DNA of 64,000 nt, taken from the NCBI GenBank assembly GCA_040388665.1, contig JAZKBL010000012.1, forward strand, positions 67,390 through 131,389, written 5' to 3'. This stretch comes from Chlamydiota bacterium. Its GTDB lineage: Bacteria > Chlamydiota > Chlamydiia > Chlamydiales > Rhabdochlamydiaceae. The position numbers and the translations under genes were made by a program. The notes under the pieces were generated by a model, which saw only the letters and a list, made by a program, of their open reading frames with translations, searched no databases and was not told where the DNA came from. This document shows, one piece after another, positions 19,401 to 28,965 of the stretch (its first letter is position 1; every line of letters starts with the position of its first letter).

Positions 19401-22400
19401 TCTCCTTCATAAATGAATATCAAGAGAGGATCTATCTCACTTTTGATGAGGAAAAAAAGGAATTTTATCTTCATCAAAAGTTTACAACGCTTGAGGGTAA
19501 CATCGCTCTTTTCACATTAGCAGATAAACCGCCCACAAGCTCTGTCTTTTCATACAAAAATCATCCATGTGTCGATGGCTGCCTTGCAAGCCAAGCGCGT
19601 TACTTTGTCAGAATAGATGATAAAGGCTCTATGGAGGCTGTATGCACAGATCTTAGCGGAAAAGAAATTTTGGCGCGCATGGATAGCACAAAAATTTATC
19701 CGGCTAATGCAGATCGCTCTTTACATCTTATGACCAATTTATCTGCCCCTCCACCCATTTGCACACGCATTTTTCCTCTTTATGGCCAAAAAGAAACCCT
19801 TTGCTACAAAAATGAACATCATGAAATCGTAAAAATTAGCATCCCCAAATATGACCTTCACTTCACAAGAGATCTTTTAAGAACAGAACAGTGGTACTGT
19901 TCTAAGCTCCCCGGATATTTTCTTGATGAAAATGATCAACATCCAACTCTTGAACCTCATAGTCATTACCTGCGGCTAAAAAGTAAAACAGGATCTGGCA
20001 TCATTCTAACATTCGATCATCTGCTTCCCCACGAACGCTCCATCATCCCTCCAGAGGATCCTTGCCTAATGAAATCCAAGGCAATCCCAAGACAACATCC
20101 TCGCCTCTTAATTTATCCACTAGATAGCACAGGTAAAATTAAACCTTCTCAAGAGGTTTATGAAAGTCTTTATCTTATCTATCTTACGCTTATGAAAAAG
20201 GACTACACAGAAGCGCAGGAGCTCATTTTAAAGTTAAAACGATTAGGAAAGGAATGGGGTGAGGAGGAATGCAACCTCTTTAACTTGTTTAACCCTCAGC
20301 AGATCACACAAAAAGATCGAGATTTTCATCCGGCAGCAGCAGCGCTTCGTTTGCAGCTTAAGATCATAGAACATGCTTCGGTTAATGAAATGAAGCTATC
20401 GGAAAACCAACTGCTTTGGCTAAAAAAGGATTATCTTAACTACATCGATCAGTGGAATAACACCATGCTCTACCGACTTTCTGAACAGGATGAAAAAATC
20501 CTTTTACGACTTATCAGCACTAAAAACGAGCTCGAATGTTTACAACTGTCTCAACGCGAAAATAAATATGCAGAGCTCAAAGAAACACCTCTTTATCATC
20601 AAACTAAAATCACTCCCTCTAAAAATAAATCACAGAAAACAGATGGCTTTACTTGGCTTAACCTCGAGCGCTTTCAAACAATGAAAACCCATCTTTTAAA
20701 CCCCTTGCCCATTACCTCTCATTTAAGACCAGGACCTAACTTCACCCTTAATTTTCTTTACTACTACAACTTATTATACGGTTCTGAAGCCCACGAAAAA
20801 CAAGAGGTCATCAGGATTTTACAATGCTGCGCTCATGATCCTCATCCAGAATCTCAAGATGTCAGACAAATACTCTTAGAGCTCATTAAAAATCCTAGTA
20901 AAATGCCAGAACTACAAAAAATCATCGCTACCGCAGAAAAAGACATAAAAAAACTTCCGCAATTTTTAAAAGATCTTTTGCCTGGGGGAGCTTCTAAAGC
21001 ATCAAGTTTTTCTGAAGTATTTCTTACAAGAACAAGGAATAACACGTGGACTATCAAACAGCCTCTTGAACCAACGCTCCCATGCAGCCTATCAAAAATA
21101 CCACAACGATCTCATCTTATATGTGAAAAAGAAAAACTTCCTAAAATCCTTATCAACAAAGGGTGTTTACTACAACAAGACAACAATGCAGCAAATAAGC
21201 AAAAGATAGAAAATCTTCAAAATTTAAAAGTCGTCTTCTCCTCTATTCCCACGGATAGTCCCTGTGTCAAAAGAGCAAGCAATAGACTCATCGAAGGGAT
21301 TGAAGAAATGCAAGAAGACCTGTCCTCAGAAAAAGCACAAATTTCCTACCATATCAATTTAGATAAAAAAAGTAGAAAGGAGTTATTTAAGCAGCTCACA
21401 CTTCATCATGAAATCCAAAAAACAGAAATGATCCTATACAAAAAAAAGATTTACGAATCCTTTGAAATAGATTCCCCTCTCTTAAAAGCAGAACAACTCG
21501 GAGGATTGCTCCCAAGCCTTAAATTCCGCGAGATTCTGCTTGCTGTTATTAATGATGATGCTACGCAGATTCATAAAGCCCTTCCGACCAAAATACCTAG
21601 CCTACTTACAAGACAGGTTACACGCTATCTTCTCGCCGCAACACAAAAGCAGCACTATGAACGCGCTCTCAAAAACTTGGAAGATCTCAATCAAGCCATG
21701 AGCGATGGAGAAAAGACAAATACAGCTGACAACAAACTTGTTCACTCTCTTCTTGCCAAAAGAGCTTATACTAAAACAGAAGACTTATACGCTCTTTTCT
21801 TTGAATATGCTTCAAACATCCGGTTGCGCAAAGAGCAGTATACAGCTTATCAAGAACTTTCTAAAACAGATCATCTAGAAAATATCCAATTGGAAGCGCC
21901 TACAGGTTTTGGAAAATCCTCTACTGTCATTGCTCTTTGGTTATTAAAGATAAGCCATGTACACAAAACAGCGCTCATGACGCTACCTCCTGCACTACTG
22001 CCAAGTGTCCTAGCGCAGCTTTACTCGATTCTTGGCACTCATTTTGACAAATCATTTTTCGTAATTAAATTTGAAAGAAACCAGGGTAACAATTTTGCAT
22101 TCCTAAAAAAGCTGAATACGCAGTTAGATGATGCTCAACGTAAAAATAAAATCCTTCTCATCTCCATCGATCACCTGCATCGCTTGACAACTCTTCAACT
22201 CAAACAAAATTTACATGAATATGGTGATTTAAGTATATTAAGAGAACTCGTCCTTTTGCGTAAAACTCTAAAATTTGAAATTTCAAGCTTTGTCGATGAA
22301 TCCAAAGAGTGTTTTGATGTGAGACACCGCTATGATTATGCAATCGGCGCTCCTATCAAAATTTCTCAAAACGAATGTCAAAAAACAGACTTGATCTATA

Positions 22401-24862
22401 ACATGCTCCTCACAGAAGAAATTCTAGAACAATTCAATTTTGAGTTTCTTCCAGAATTTTTTGATCTTAAGAAAAAAAGTATCACCATAAAAAACTATAC
22501 AAAAAAACTGCTCCCTCTCCTTGCAAGTAAAGCAATTAACATACTGCAGCTTCCAGAAGAGATCGCTCAAATCGCTCTACAAGACCTTAAAGAAATTAAG
22601 CTTACTGACGCTGATCGATTACGTCTTAATACATTTTTAGATCAACATCCTTTAATTAAAAAAGAGTACAGGCATTTTCACAAACAACTGAACCTCCATC
22701 TTAAGAATACTCTTAACCGCAACTGTGGCGAACATTATGCACTTATACCCGAGGCATCCATTCCACTAGCGCGCCCGATGCGGCATGGTAAAATTAAAAA
22801 GAACTCAGAGTTCTCTACACTTGATGAATTGAAAAATTTCACTGTACAAGCTAACTTAAAAGTTTCTCTAAAACAATCTCAAGTCGCAAATTTCATCTTT
22901 CAGCTTGCAGCACATCTTATAGATCATGAAAACACCCTTGAACCGTCGGGTATCAACGCTTTTTATCAACTGATTGCCCATCAATTAAAGCTACCCACGA
23001 AACCTAAAAATCTCAATGCTGCACACATTTCTACCATCACAGAATTTTTAAACGACAAAAAAAACATCAAGTACAAAATCCAATTCATCACACAAACCAT
23101 ACTTCCGCAGATTATTTACTATAATGAAAAAGCATCAAGTGGCTCTTTCCAATTAATCGATGCGATCAAGCAGGTCAATTCCGCATCTGGAACGGTTGAT
23201 CCCGATGTACTTCCCCCCTCTGTTCGAACAATAGAAAAAAAATCAGCGCCCATTGGCAATTTATTCGCTCTATGGCAACACTCACAAGAGCGGATCTACA
23301 TCAATAAAGGAAGCACACCAAAGGAAATCCTTGAACAGATTATTGATTTAGATCCACATGCACGCGTTATTCCTGATGGAGGAACTCTCACTCGAGGTCT
23401 TTCTGAAAAAGAAATTACAACGACTATTTTAGAAAAAACAAAAAATGCAGAGCCCCCCGTAAACGGTGTGGCCTTTTTCGATGACGAAGGAAAATTATGG
23501 GTCCAATCTCGAAATGGAATGAGCGCAATGGATGGAAGCGATATTCCCTTAAAAGAGCTTTTTATCTTTATTCGTCAAAGTAACTGCCTTGGAGCAGACC
23601 TTACTATGCTTCCGTGTACACGAGCAACAATCACCATCAATCGCTACACCCCCCTTGACTTTCTCATCCAAACAGCTGGTCGCATGAGAGGGCTGCAGCT
23701 TGGACAAACATGCAGCATTACCTGCACTGAAGAAGATGCACAGGTCATCAAAGATTTTTTAAAAATACCAAAAAAGGCAGATCTTACCCTAACCCATATT
23801 TTCCAACACGCTGCAATTCTTTACGGAGAAATTAAAGGGCTTGATTACTTCTTTACCTTAAACCGTTTTTTAGCAAACGCCTCTGAGCAAATTTTTTGGA
23901 ACTTTCTTGATAAAAACACCCCTGCACAAGCGCGCAGGCTCTCCCTAAGAATGGATAGTCTCCTCGTAAGTTCCACAAGCGAAGAAGATGATGATGACGA
24001 TGCTATCAGCAACTCTGAAATCGATATCTCGTTAGCTGTTGAACACTTGCAAAATAGTTATCGTAAAAAATTAATGACTGTTCAAAAAAATGTTTCTTTT
24101 GTCACATTCCCTATCGATCAAATCTTTGAGGAATTTAATCGTTTCCTCGACTACGACAAATTACCTTCTAAAATCATGATGAAAAGCGCGATGGGAGAAG
24201 AATGTAGCGTAGATATCGATGCAGACACAGATATCGCCGCTGATCAAGAAATGGAGTCACAAGCAGATTCCGAAGCCTCTACAATCACCACCTTTATACC
24301 TGCACAACCCGTTGAGTGGAATGAAGATTACGCAGATAAAAACAATTACAAACAAGCAGAAAGCCAGCTTGGCATTAAAATATTCCATTTTCCTAATGGT
24401 CATTTCGTATCAGATAATGAAGAAACAAATAGACAAGTACGCAAATCTTCAATCCAGTGCCTGATCATGAAAGATCGAGTCACACAAGAGATGCGCTATG
24501 CACCTCTTGATGCGCAGGATGCACATCTTATCTATAATAGCATGCTCCATAAGGGAGGCTCTATAAAAGCTCCAAGCGACCCTTATCATGACTTTTATCT
24601 CATGTCAGGGGGCAAAATCATCGCGTTTGACGCTGAGTCATCTATTTTAAATAGGAAAGATGCGGCGTTTATAAAAATTTCCATCCTAAACAAAGTCCAA
24701 CGCGGATTACCTTTCCTCAACCAAAAAGAGTTAACACTGATTGAAACGCTCCTTAGAGAATATCCCGCGGATAAAATCGCATTCATCAATTTCGTCAAAG
24801 AATATCAAGCTGCCTTTCCCCAATTGAAATCCCTTACAACCTGGCTTCAAAACATGATTTAA
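16478..24862 (+). CDS. giant 2794-aa protein with P-loop NTPase/helicase-like core in its C-terminal third; candidate secreted effector
   Basis: Uninterrupted 8385-nt ORF. Walker A-like 'LEAPTGFGKSST' (21896-21919), 'FVDESKE' (22292-22303), 'QTAGRMRGL' (23669-23692). Acidic tracts near the C-terminus. AT-rich leader. Confidence 0.85.
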   Translation: MINNIIIFNNSINNQLQPSNIEAPEILEQNPILEGYSSSDAAAIIFHLFNAQYINFQSNSKTTSSFLPLSFLIQELETLLDHPKLKEERHNLEELIISYRCSYTVGQWFEHIATNKDAVRGQILDYLKKHGWISIPTGYAAEPSGHRITLYLTLEEKRGKTYVKGKIANLGEGLNNHLEHYIGATKTYYEPWLELDKVPLAKLESTPFFDLLLELQQLTHPDGEKTYYCIEDFYNILLPAWPGMISMTEHPMPATKQRTGDCSLKPYLVELNTKISVKTARFIKLHLTKKSIELLLEHPELTQSLYKTVEETLQKLMRRALKLQKKGDLNEKEIQEYINFTLKSQLALKKIHQDSLSLAKQHTLDFSLVRDLSEEGELIFTQKTPLVLENSVEKIKAEAPVATHWIATLVKDAAKSVNDAMKKSDYNECMRLIIDTFEKLPPATDLYWKTQMTPKVMKGIKTLHQRFHYVTEYKIFKKEEHIYITPTMAIIALKAFAITVASGSMLGLPQDFVHFFAGSLLKRIEEAQNHYRPLTPFQANEYRSSLKILKEASQLDSPTLKITTPQLDQYGIHHSHVVSSQQFETPRDVFNDPYIKFLNTLITEKNEAKFEKFKRPHATREYLAIHHMGLVALNNIGCYSLIDMYELSILFFYLSSGVFDTDSSLTQGRPLLDKKKIPGYVLTVFKEWGIEKSEAQTTREVIEGLFLSAHHRLADPKVLDELLSSDLSNIRSQNELLSLTPKSKKIAPPLFKDLLLGRLYPDLAVPLWIDYLSQHTNTLQAPTLQAFLSLAIFARIPGTDDFVIEKVMRDNSLIKERLFEFLRSRIKKTATEQFLDIHFLYLRVYVHSLLFAKEAGVNLESEISFLKTRLETLLTSKKYSEEARQLIGWQLTALFTYLRAWGDELTDFCNRAYNLVKEIPITTDSEVISQEYRYAEHILSHLDLQQKAKIPSWIISDSKFPYRTITSIKTSEDKLSFINEYQERIYLTFDEEKKEFYLHQKFTTLEGNIALFTLADKPPTSSVFSYKNHPCVDGCLASQARYFVRIDDKGSMEAVCTDLSGKEILARMDSTKIYPANADRSLHLMTNLSAPPPICTRIFPLYGQKETLCYKNEHHEIVKISIPKYDLHFTRDLLRTEQWYCSKLPGYFLDENDQHPTLEPHSHYLRLKSKTGSGIILTFDHLLPHERSIIPPEDPCLMKSKAIPRQHPRLLIYPLDSTGKIKPSQEVYESLYLIYLTLMKKDYTEAQELILKLKRLGKEWGEEECNLFNLFNPQQITQKDRDFHPAAAALRLQLKIIEHASVNEMKLSENQLLWLKKDYLNYIDQWNNTMLYRLSEQDEKILLRLISTKNELECLQLSQRENKYAELKETPLYHQTKITPSKNKSQKTDGFTWLNLERFQTMKTHLLNPLPITSHLRPGPNFTLNFLYYYNLLYGSEAHEKQEVIRILQCCAHDPHPESQDVRQILLELIKNPSKMPELQKIIATAEKDIKKLPQFLKDLLPGGASKASSFSEVFLTRTRNNTWTIKQPLEPTLPCSLSKIPQRSHLICEKEKLPKILINKGCLLQQDNNAANKQKIENLQNLKVVFSSIPTDSPCVKRASNRLIEGIEEMQEDLSSEKAQISYHINLDKKSRKELFKQLTLHHEIQKTEMILYKKKIYESFEIDSPLLKAEQLGGLLPSLKFREILLAVINDDATQIHKALPTKIPSLLTRQVTRYLLAATQKQHYERALKNLEDLNQAMSDGEKTNTADNKLVHSLLAKRAYTKTEDLYALFFEYASNIRLRKEQYTAYQELSKTDHLENIQLEAPTGFGKSSTVIALWLLKISHVHKTALMTLPPALLPSVLAQLYSILGTHFDKSFFVIKFERNQGNNFAFLKKLNTQLDDAQRKNKILLISIDHLHRLTTLQLKQNLHEYGDLSILRELVLLRKTLKFEISSFVDESKECFDVRHRYDYAIGAPIKISQNECQKTDLIYNMLLTEEILEQFNFEFLPEFFDLKKKSITIKNYTKKLLPLLASKAINILQLPEEIAQIALQDLKEIKLTDADRLRLNTFLDQHPLIKKEYRHFHKQLNLHLKNTLNRNCGEHYALIPEASIPLARPMRHGKIKKNSEFSTLDELKNFTVQANLKVSLKQSQVANFIFQLAAHLIDHENTLEPSGINAFYQLIAHQLKLPTKPKNLNAAHISTITEFLNDKKNIKYKIQFITQTILPQIIYYNEKASSGSFQLIDAIKQVNSASGTVDPDVLPPSVRTIEKKSAPIGNLFALWQHSQERIYINKGSTPKEILEQIIDLDPHARVIPDGGTLTRGLSEKEITTTILEKTKNAEPPVNGVAFFDDEGKLWVQSRNGMSAMDGSDIPLKELFIFIRQSNCLGADLTMLPCTRATITINRYTPLDFLIQTAGRMRGLQLGQTCSITCTEEDAQVIKDFLKIPKKADLTLTHIFQHAAILYGEIKGLDYFFTLNRFLANASEQIFWNFLDKNTPAQARRLSLRMDSLLVSSTSEEDDDDDAISNSEIDISLAVEHLQNSYRKKLMTVQKNVSFVTFPIDQIFEEFNRFLDYDKLPSKIMMKSAMGEECSVDIDADTDIAADQEMESQADSEASTITTFIPAQPVEWNEDYADKNNYKQAESQLGIKIFHFPNGHFVSDNEETNRQVRKSSIQCLIMKDRVTQEMRYAPLDAQDAHLIYNSMLHKGGSIKAPSDPYHDFYLMSGGKIIAFDAESSILNRKDAAFIKISILNKVQRGLPFLNQKELTLIETLLREYPADKIAFINFVKEYQAAFPQLKSLTTWLQNMI

Positions 24863-25731
24863 GGCCAGCACTCTTCATAGGAAAAATCAAACTCGTCGGT
24901 AAAGCCAACGCGCGCTTTGTCGAGTCTATATCGAGAACCCGTTACTGCTCTTTGATCAAGAGTGTGCATCTCTTCAGTAGAAAGGACAAAGTCCATAACA
25001 TTCAGGTTTTCTTGCATATGGCGCGCATCTTTGCTCCCTGGAAGAGGGATGCACCCATGCTGAACAATCCATCTAAGCGCTATCTGACACGCGGTCTTTC
25101 CGTGCTTCTTTCCCATCTCAATCAGAACTTCATCTTCATTCATACGGCCTAAATTTAAAGGCCTCCACGCTTGAATGCCAATCTTGCATTCTTTACAAAA
25201 TGCAAGCAGCTCTTTGTCATAAAAGTAAGGGTGCATTTCTACTTGAATCCACGTGATAGAAACTCCCACCTCTAATGCTTTTTTTAAATGATTAACAGTA
25301 ACATTGCTTAGACCAATGTGGCGGACTTTTTTCTCTTGGACAAGTCCCCTCATTGCTGTGAGCGTTTCTTTGATAGGGATCTGGCTATTGGGCCAATGCA
25401 GCAAATAAGCATCAAGGTAATCCGTTTGCAGCAGCTGCTGCGTCTCTTGCAAGTCTTTACGTAAATTTTCCTTAGCCTGCATATCATGCCACACTTTTGA
25501 AATGATATAGAGCTGGCTACGATCTAATTTCTTTAAACCCTGGGCCATCCCTTCAAAGTTGTTATAGTAGGTAGCCGTATCAATGATCCGGTAGCCAATA
25601 TTAGCAGCTTCAATTAACGCCTTAGCACAAATTTCGCCAGTTAAACGATAGGTTCCAAGCCCTACCATCGGGTACTCTTTTCCTTCAATCCGGCATTTAC
25701 CTCTCTCAATATCAAGTTCTACCATCATCAC
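24859..25731 (-). CDS. aldo/keto reductase (2,5-diketo-D-gluconate reductase-like)
   Basis: AKR pattern 'GLGTY', 'IDTATYYNN', 'LDAYLLHWP', 'IGLSN'. About 290 aa. Confidence 0.9.
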   Translation of the reverse strand: MMMVELDIERGKCRIEGKEYPMVGLGTYRLTGEICAKALIEAANIGYRIIDTATYYNNFEGMAQGLKKLDRSQLYIISKVWHDMQAKENLRKDLQETQQLLQTDYLDAYLLHWPNSQIPIKETLTAMRGLVQEKKVRHIGLSNVTVNHLKKALEVGVSITWIQVEMHPYFYDKELLAFCKECKIGIQAWRPLNLGRMNEDEVLIEMGKKHGKTACQIALRWIVQHGCIPLPGSKDARHMQENLNVMDFVLSTEEMHTLDQRAVTGSRYRLDKARVGFTDEFDFSYEECWP

Positions 25732-25784
25732 TCCCCTATCATTTCACTTGTATATAGCCAAAAGTCTAATGTATAGGGACTATT

Positions 25785-26999
25785 ATGACCAGTAGACAAA
25801 AACGCCCCCATCTTTCATTTACCGTTCTTTATATTGGAGCATTTTTAGATTGGATGAGCTATGGACTTGTCTATCCTCTTTTTTCCCTCATGATCTTTCA
25901 CCACGATCCGCTCTTCCTTGCTGCAGCATCGAATGCTACACGAGCCGCCTGGCTTGGAATTTTAATGGCCGCAAGCCCTTTTGGGCAATTTTTTGCTGCG
26001 CCTATCTTAGGAATACTGTCTGATCGGTTTGGACGAAGACCTATTTTACAACTCTCCTATCTCCTAATCATTACCGGCTATCTTCTTTCTGCTTTAGGAA
26101 TCTGGGAACATAGTTTCCTCTTTCTTATTTTAGGTCGTCTTACAACCGGTATTGGAGCTGGCAATATTTCTGTCATCAATGCTGCTATTGCCGACTTAAG
26201 CGATCCTGACAAAAAAGCTAGCAATTTTGCTCTTTTAGCGATGATAAGCGGTCTTGGCTTTACAGCAGGACCCTATATTGGTGGAAAATTATCTATGTTG
26301 AGTTTTGATACTCCCTTTATTTTATCAGGAATTCTCACCCTTGTAACATTCCTTTTTTTCAATCTCGTATTTGCGGAAACCCATTCTAAAAAAGAAAAAA
26401 CTGCAAGTAGTTTCATGCCTCAATTATTTCGTTTTATGCACCTGCATTCCTTTAGTAAGTTTCGCATTCTATTTTCTACATTTTTTATTTTTTGTTTCGG
26501 ATGGTCATTCTATTGGGAATTCATCCCTGTAACGTGGATCAAAATTTATGGACAAGAAGCAGAACAAATCGGCAATTTCTATGCTTATGGATCCGCTTTT
26601 TATGTATTAAGCAGCGGTCTTCTCATCAGGCCAATCATCAAAAGATTCAATCCCAGAGCAATCCTTGCTTGCGCATGGTTGGCTCTTGGAATCTGCTTTA
26701 TTCTTCTTTTTCATGCAAAAATTGATGCCTATTGGGTCTATATCCCCATTCAACAATTCTTTGTTGCGCTCATCTTTCCTGTCGGAATAGCCATCGTATC
26801 TAATGCAGCAACAGAAAAACACCAAGGAGAGGTTTTAGGCACTTTCCAATCCCTACAATCTTTTGCCTTTGCCATCACACCATTAATCAGCGGCATTTTA
26901 TTAGATTTTACTTATCACATGCCCCTAATCATAGGAAGCATCACAATGCTGCTCGCAAGTTTCATTCTTTTCATGAAGTACCGAAGTCGTTATATATAA
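25785..26999 (+). CDS. MFS transporter (drug:H+ antiporter/TetA-like)
   Basis: 12-TM layout. Motif A 'GILSDRFGRRPIL'. Confidence 0.85.
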   Translation: MTSRQKRPHLSFTVLYIGAFLDWMSYGLVYPLFSLMIFHHDPLFLAAASNATRAAWLGILMAASPFGQFFAAPILGILSDRFGRRPILQLSYLLIITGYLLSALGIWEHSFLFLILGRLTTGIGAGNISVINAAIADLSDPDKKASNFALLAMISGLGFTAGPYIGGKLSMLSFDTPFILSGILTLVTFLFFNLVFAETHSKKEKTASSFMPQLFRFMHLHSFSKFRILFSTFFIFCFGWSFYWEFIPVTWIKIYGQEAEQIGNFYAYGSAFYVLSSGLLIRPIIKRFNPRAILACAWLALGICFILLFHAKIDAYWVYIPIQQFFVALIFPVGIAIVSNAATEKHQGEVLGTFQSLQSFAFAITPLISGILLDFTYHMPLIIGSITMLLASFILFMKYRSRYI

Positions 27000-27013
27000 G
27001 TAAAGGAGAGTCT

Positions 27014-27214
27014 ATGAAAATTACAAATGCTATTGCAACAATTCTACTTCTCTTTGGAGGTTTAAATTGGGGACTTGTAGGGGTGGCTGACTTTAACGTC
27101 ATCATGTGGGTCTTTATTGCCATGCCGTTAGTTCAGCATATTATCTATATTGCAATCGGTCTTGCTGCAATCTGGAAAATCATTTTCTACAAAAATGGGA
27201 TCGCAACAAGATAA
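27014..27214 (+). CDS. DUF378-family small membrane protein
   Basis: 66 aa. 'FGGLNWGLVG' hallmark. Good RBS (aaaggagag) 5 nt upstream of the ATG. Confidence 0.7.
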   Translation: MKITNAIATILLLFGGLNWGLVGVADFNVIMWVFIAMPLVQHIIYIAIGLAAIWKIIFYKNGIATR

Positions 27215-27684
27215 GCGCCAATGACTCTACCTTGTCTATCTCGAAATACATCATAATCGGCCATGTATTCCTTTCCGCCTAAAGTGATTTTGTCCGTATA
27301 GCGCAGCTCGCCTATAAGTCGTTTATAAGCTGGATGCGCGTGATCTAGAATCGTCCCGGCCTCTTCACCAACCTCTGTTGTCATCAGCCTAATGAACTCA
27401 TTTTCTGATTTAACAAAAAGCGTAGCGACCGAGTGCGTCTGTGCAGCAAAGCTGTCTATAAGAGAAATGGGCTGTGTTGTAAGAACCCAGTTACCATTTC
27501 GGATACTCGGTACATGACGCCCATCGATTTTCTCTTGATTTTCATGATCAAGCGAAAATATTCCAGGCAAATTATTCATCAGCTCTTTACCAAGAGCCTT
27601 TGCGTCCGATGGCCTAGGTTCTTCTGTATTAGCAAATACAAAACCACCCATGGCACACAAGAAAAAAAGAAAAACCAATTTCAT
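27187..27684 (-). CDS. exported stand-alone Cache-type (Cache_3-Cache_2-like) ligand-binding domain protein
   Basis: Signal peptide, then 'ATLFVKSENEFIRLMTTEV..AGTILDHAHPAYKRL..GGKEYMADYDVFRDRQGRVIGAYLVAIP', the pattern of MCP/kinase Cache sensor domains. No output domain. Confidence 0.55.
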   Translation of the reverse strand: MKLVFLFFLCAMGGFVFANTEEPRPSDAKALGKELMNNLPGIFSLDHENQEKIDGRHVPSIRNGNWVLTTQPISLIDSFAAQTHSVATLFVKSENEFIRLMTTEVGEEAGTILDHAHPAYKRLIGELRYTDKITLGGKEYMADYDVFRDRQGRVIGAYLVAIPFL

Positions 27685-27764
27685 ATACCCCACCTTTATA
27701 CCCATTCATTTCGGTATACAAGTGAGGTATACTAAACCTGATCATTTCCCTTCAAGCTATGAAA

Positions 27765-28103
27765 CTAATTACCGTTACTGTTATCCGAAACAGTCATTTT
27801 CATGTTAACGCCTACAACTCCATCAACGCTTTTAGCGATCGCAACAATACGATCTCTATCTGCAGCAGTTGGAACTGTCCCCTCTAGAGTTACAATACCA
27901 TTTGTTGTCGTTACAGATACCAATCGAGCTGAAGCAGAAAGCTCTGTATCAGCAATGATCTTAGCTTTTACTTTTGTTGTAATCGACCAATCCGCAGGAG
28001 CTTCTTGGTCCTGCACAATAACTGTTGTATTGTTGGTTTGACTATCAGCATTGCATGCAAAACATAATGCACAGAACACAGGAATTAATAATAGATTTCT
28101 CAT
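27765..28103 (-). CDS. BON-domain lipoprotein (OsmY-like)
   Basis: Lipobox-like 'LCFAC'. BON pattern 'VTTTNGIVTLEGTVPTAADRDRIVAIAKSVDGVVGV'. Start trimmed to ATG 28103. Confidence 0.8.
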   Translation of the reverse strand: MRNLLLIPVFCALCFACNADSQTNNTTVIVQDQEAPADWSITTKVKAKIIADTELSASARLVSVTTTNGIVTLEGTVPTAADRDRIVAIAKSVDGVVGVNMKMTVSDNSNGN

Positions 28104-28297
28104 AATACCCCTAAATTTATTCACCCTATAACTGTATAGTAACAAACAACACAAACTATGTAAACAATATAATTTAATTTTTTATTACAAATTAATTACA
28201 AATCCAACAAACTGTATTTATCTAAATAACTTTAAATAAAACACTTAAATGCTATCACTGCATATGAAAATTCATCCAACCATCCGCTTAACTTCTC

Positions 28298-28873
28298 TCA
28301 CATGTTTTTAAGAAACTTTTCCAATTCTTGCTGAAAATTCTCTTGTAGATTCTCTACAGCAATAATTGTTTCAGGAAAATCACTACCATCGATTTGCTCG
28401 GTAAGATTCAATACTATGCTTCTAGACTCGTGTGTTAACCCTTGATGCCAGCTTAAATCAGCAAAATACTGTTGTGGAACAGCACGTCCTTCTAGATTAA
28501 TTCCGCATTTTTTTAAAGACTCGTCAAAAAAACCTTGAGGTTTACCTTCTATAAAAATTGCAAAGCGTATCCCTTGCTCAAAAAAGTTAAGCGGTATAGC
28601 AAAAGCTTCTTCTAGATCATCTGTGATTGCATTTAATGTGTGGAGTGATAAAGACGCTACTTCTTGCTCTGAAAACAATGATTTATTTTCTGCAGCAGGC
28701 CCCAATTTATTCAGAATGCTCTGTGAAATTTCTACTCCTATAAATTCAATTTCCTCTGCAGTGATACTTCTGATTTCTTCCTGCACTTCTTCTGGAGACA
28801 TGGGAATTATCTGAGACGGATTTGGAACGCCTGAAAAAGGAAATTCAATTGAAGGAAAATTAGCAGCTGACAT
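28298..28873 (-). CDS. hypothetical acidic protein
   Basis: 191-aa ORF with no recognisable motif. Flanked by AT-rich intergenic DNA. Confidence 0.45.
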   Translation of the reverse strand: MSAANFPSIEFPFSGVPNPSQIIPMSPEEVQEEIRSITAEEIEFIGVEISQSILNKLGPAAENKSLFSEQEVASLSLHTLNAITDDLEEAFAIPLNFFEQGIRFAIFIEGKPQGFFDESLKKCGINLEGRAVPQQYFADLSWHQGLTHESRSIVLNLTEQIDGSDFPETIIAVENLQENFQQELEKFLKNM

Positions 28874-28965
28874 AAAAAATTCCTCTGATATGGTTTGTAG
28901 ATGGATATTTTAATTTTTTTCGTAATTTGGCACAATCTACAACATTCCTCAACCCCAAGATTAAT

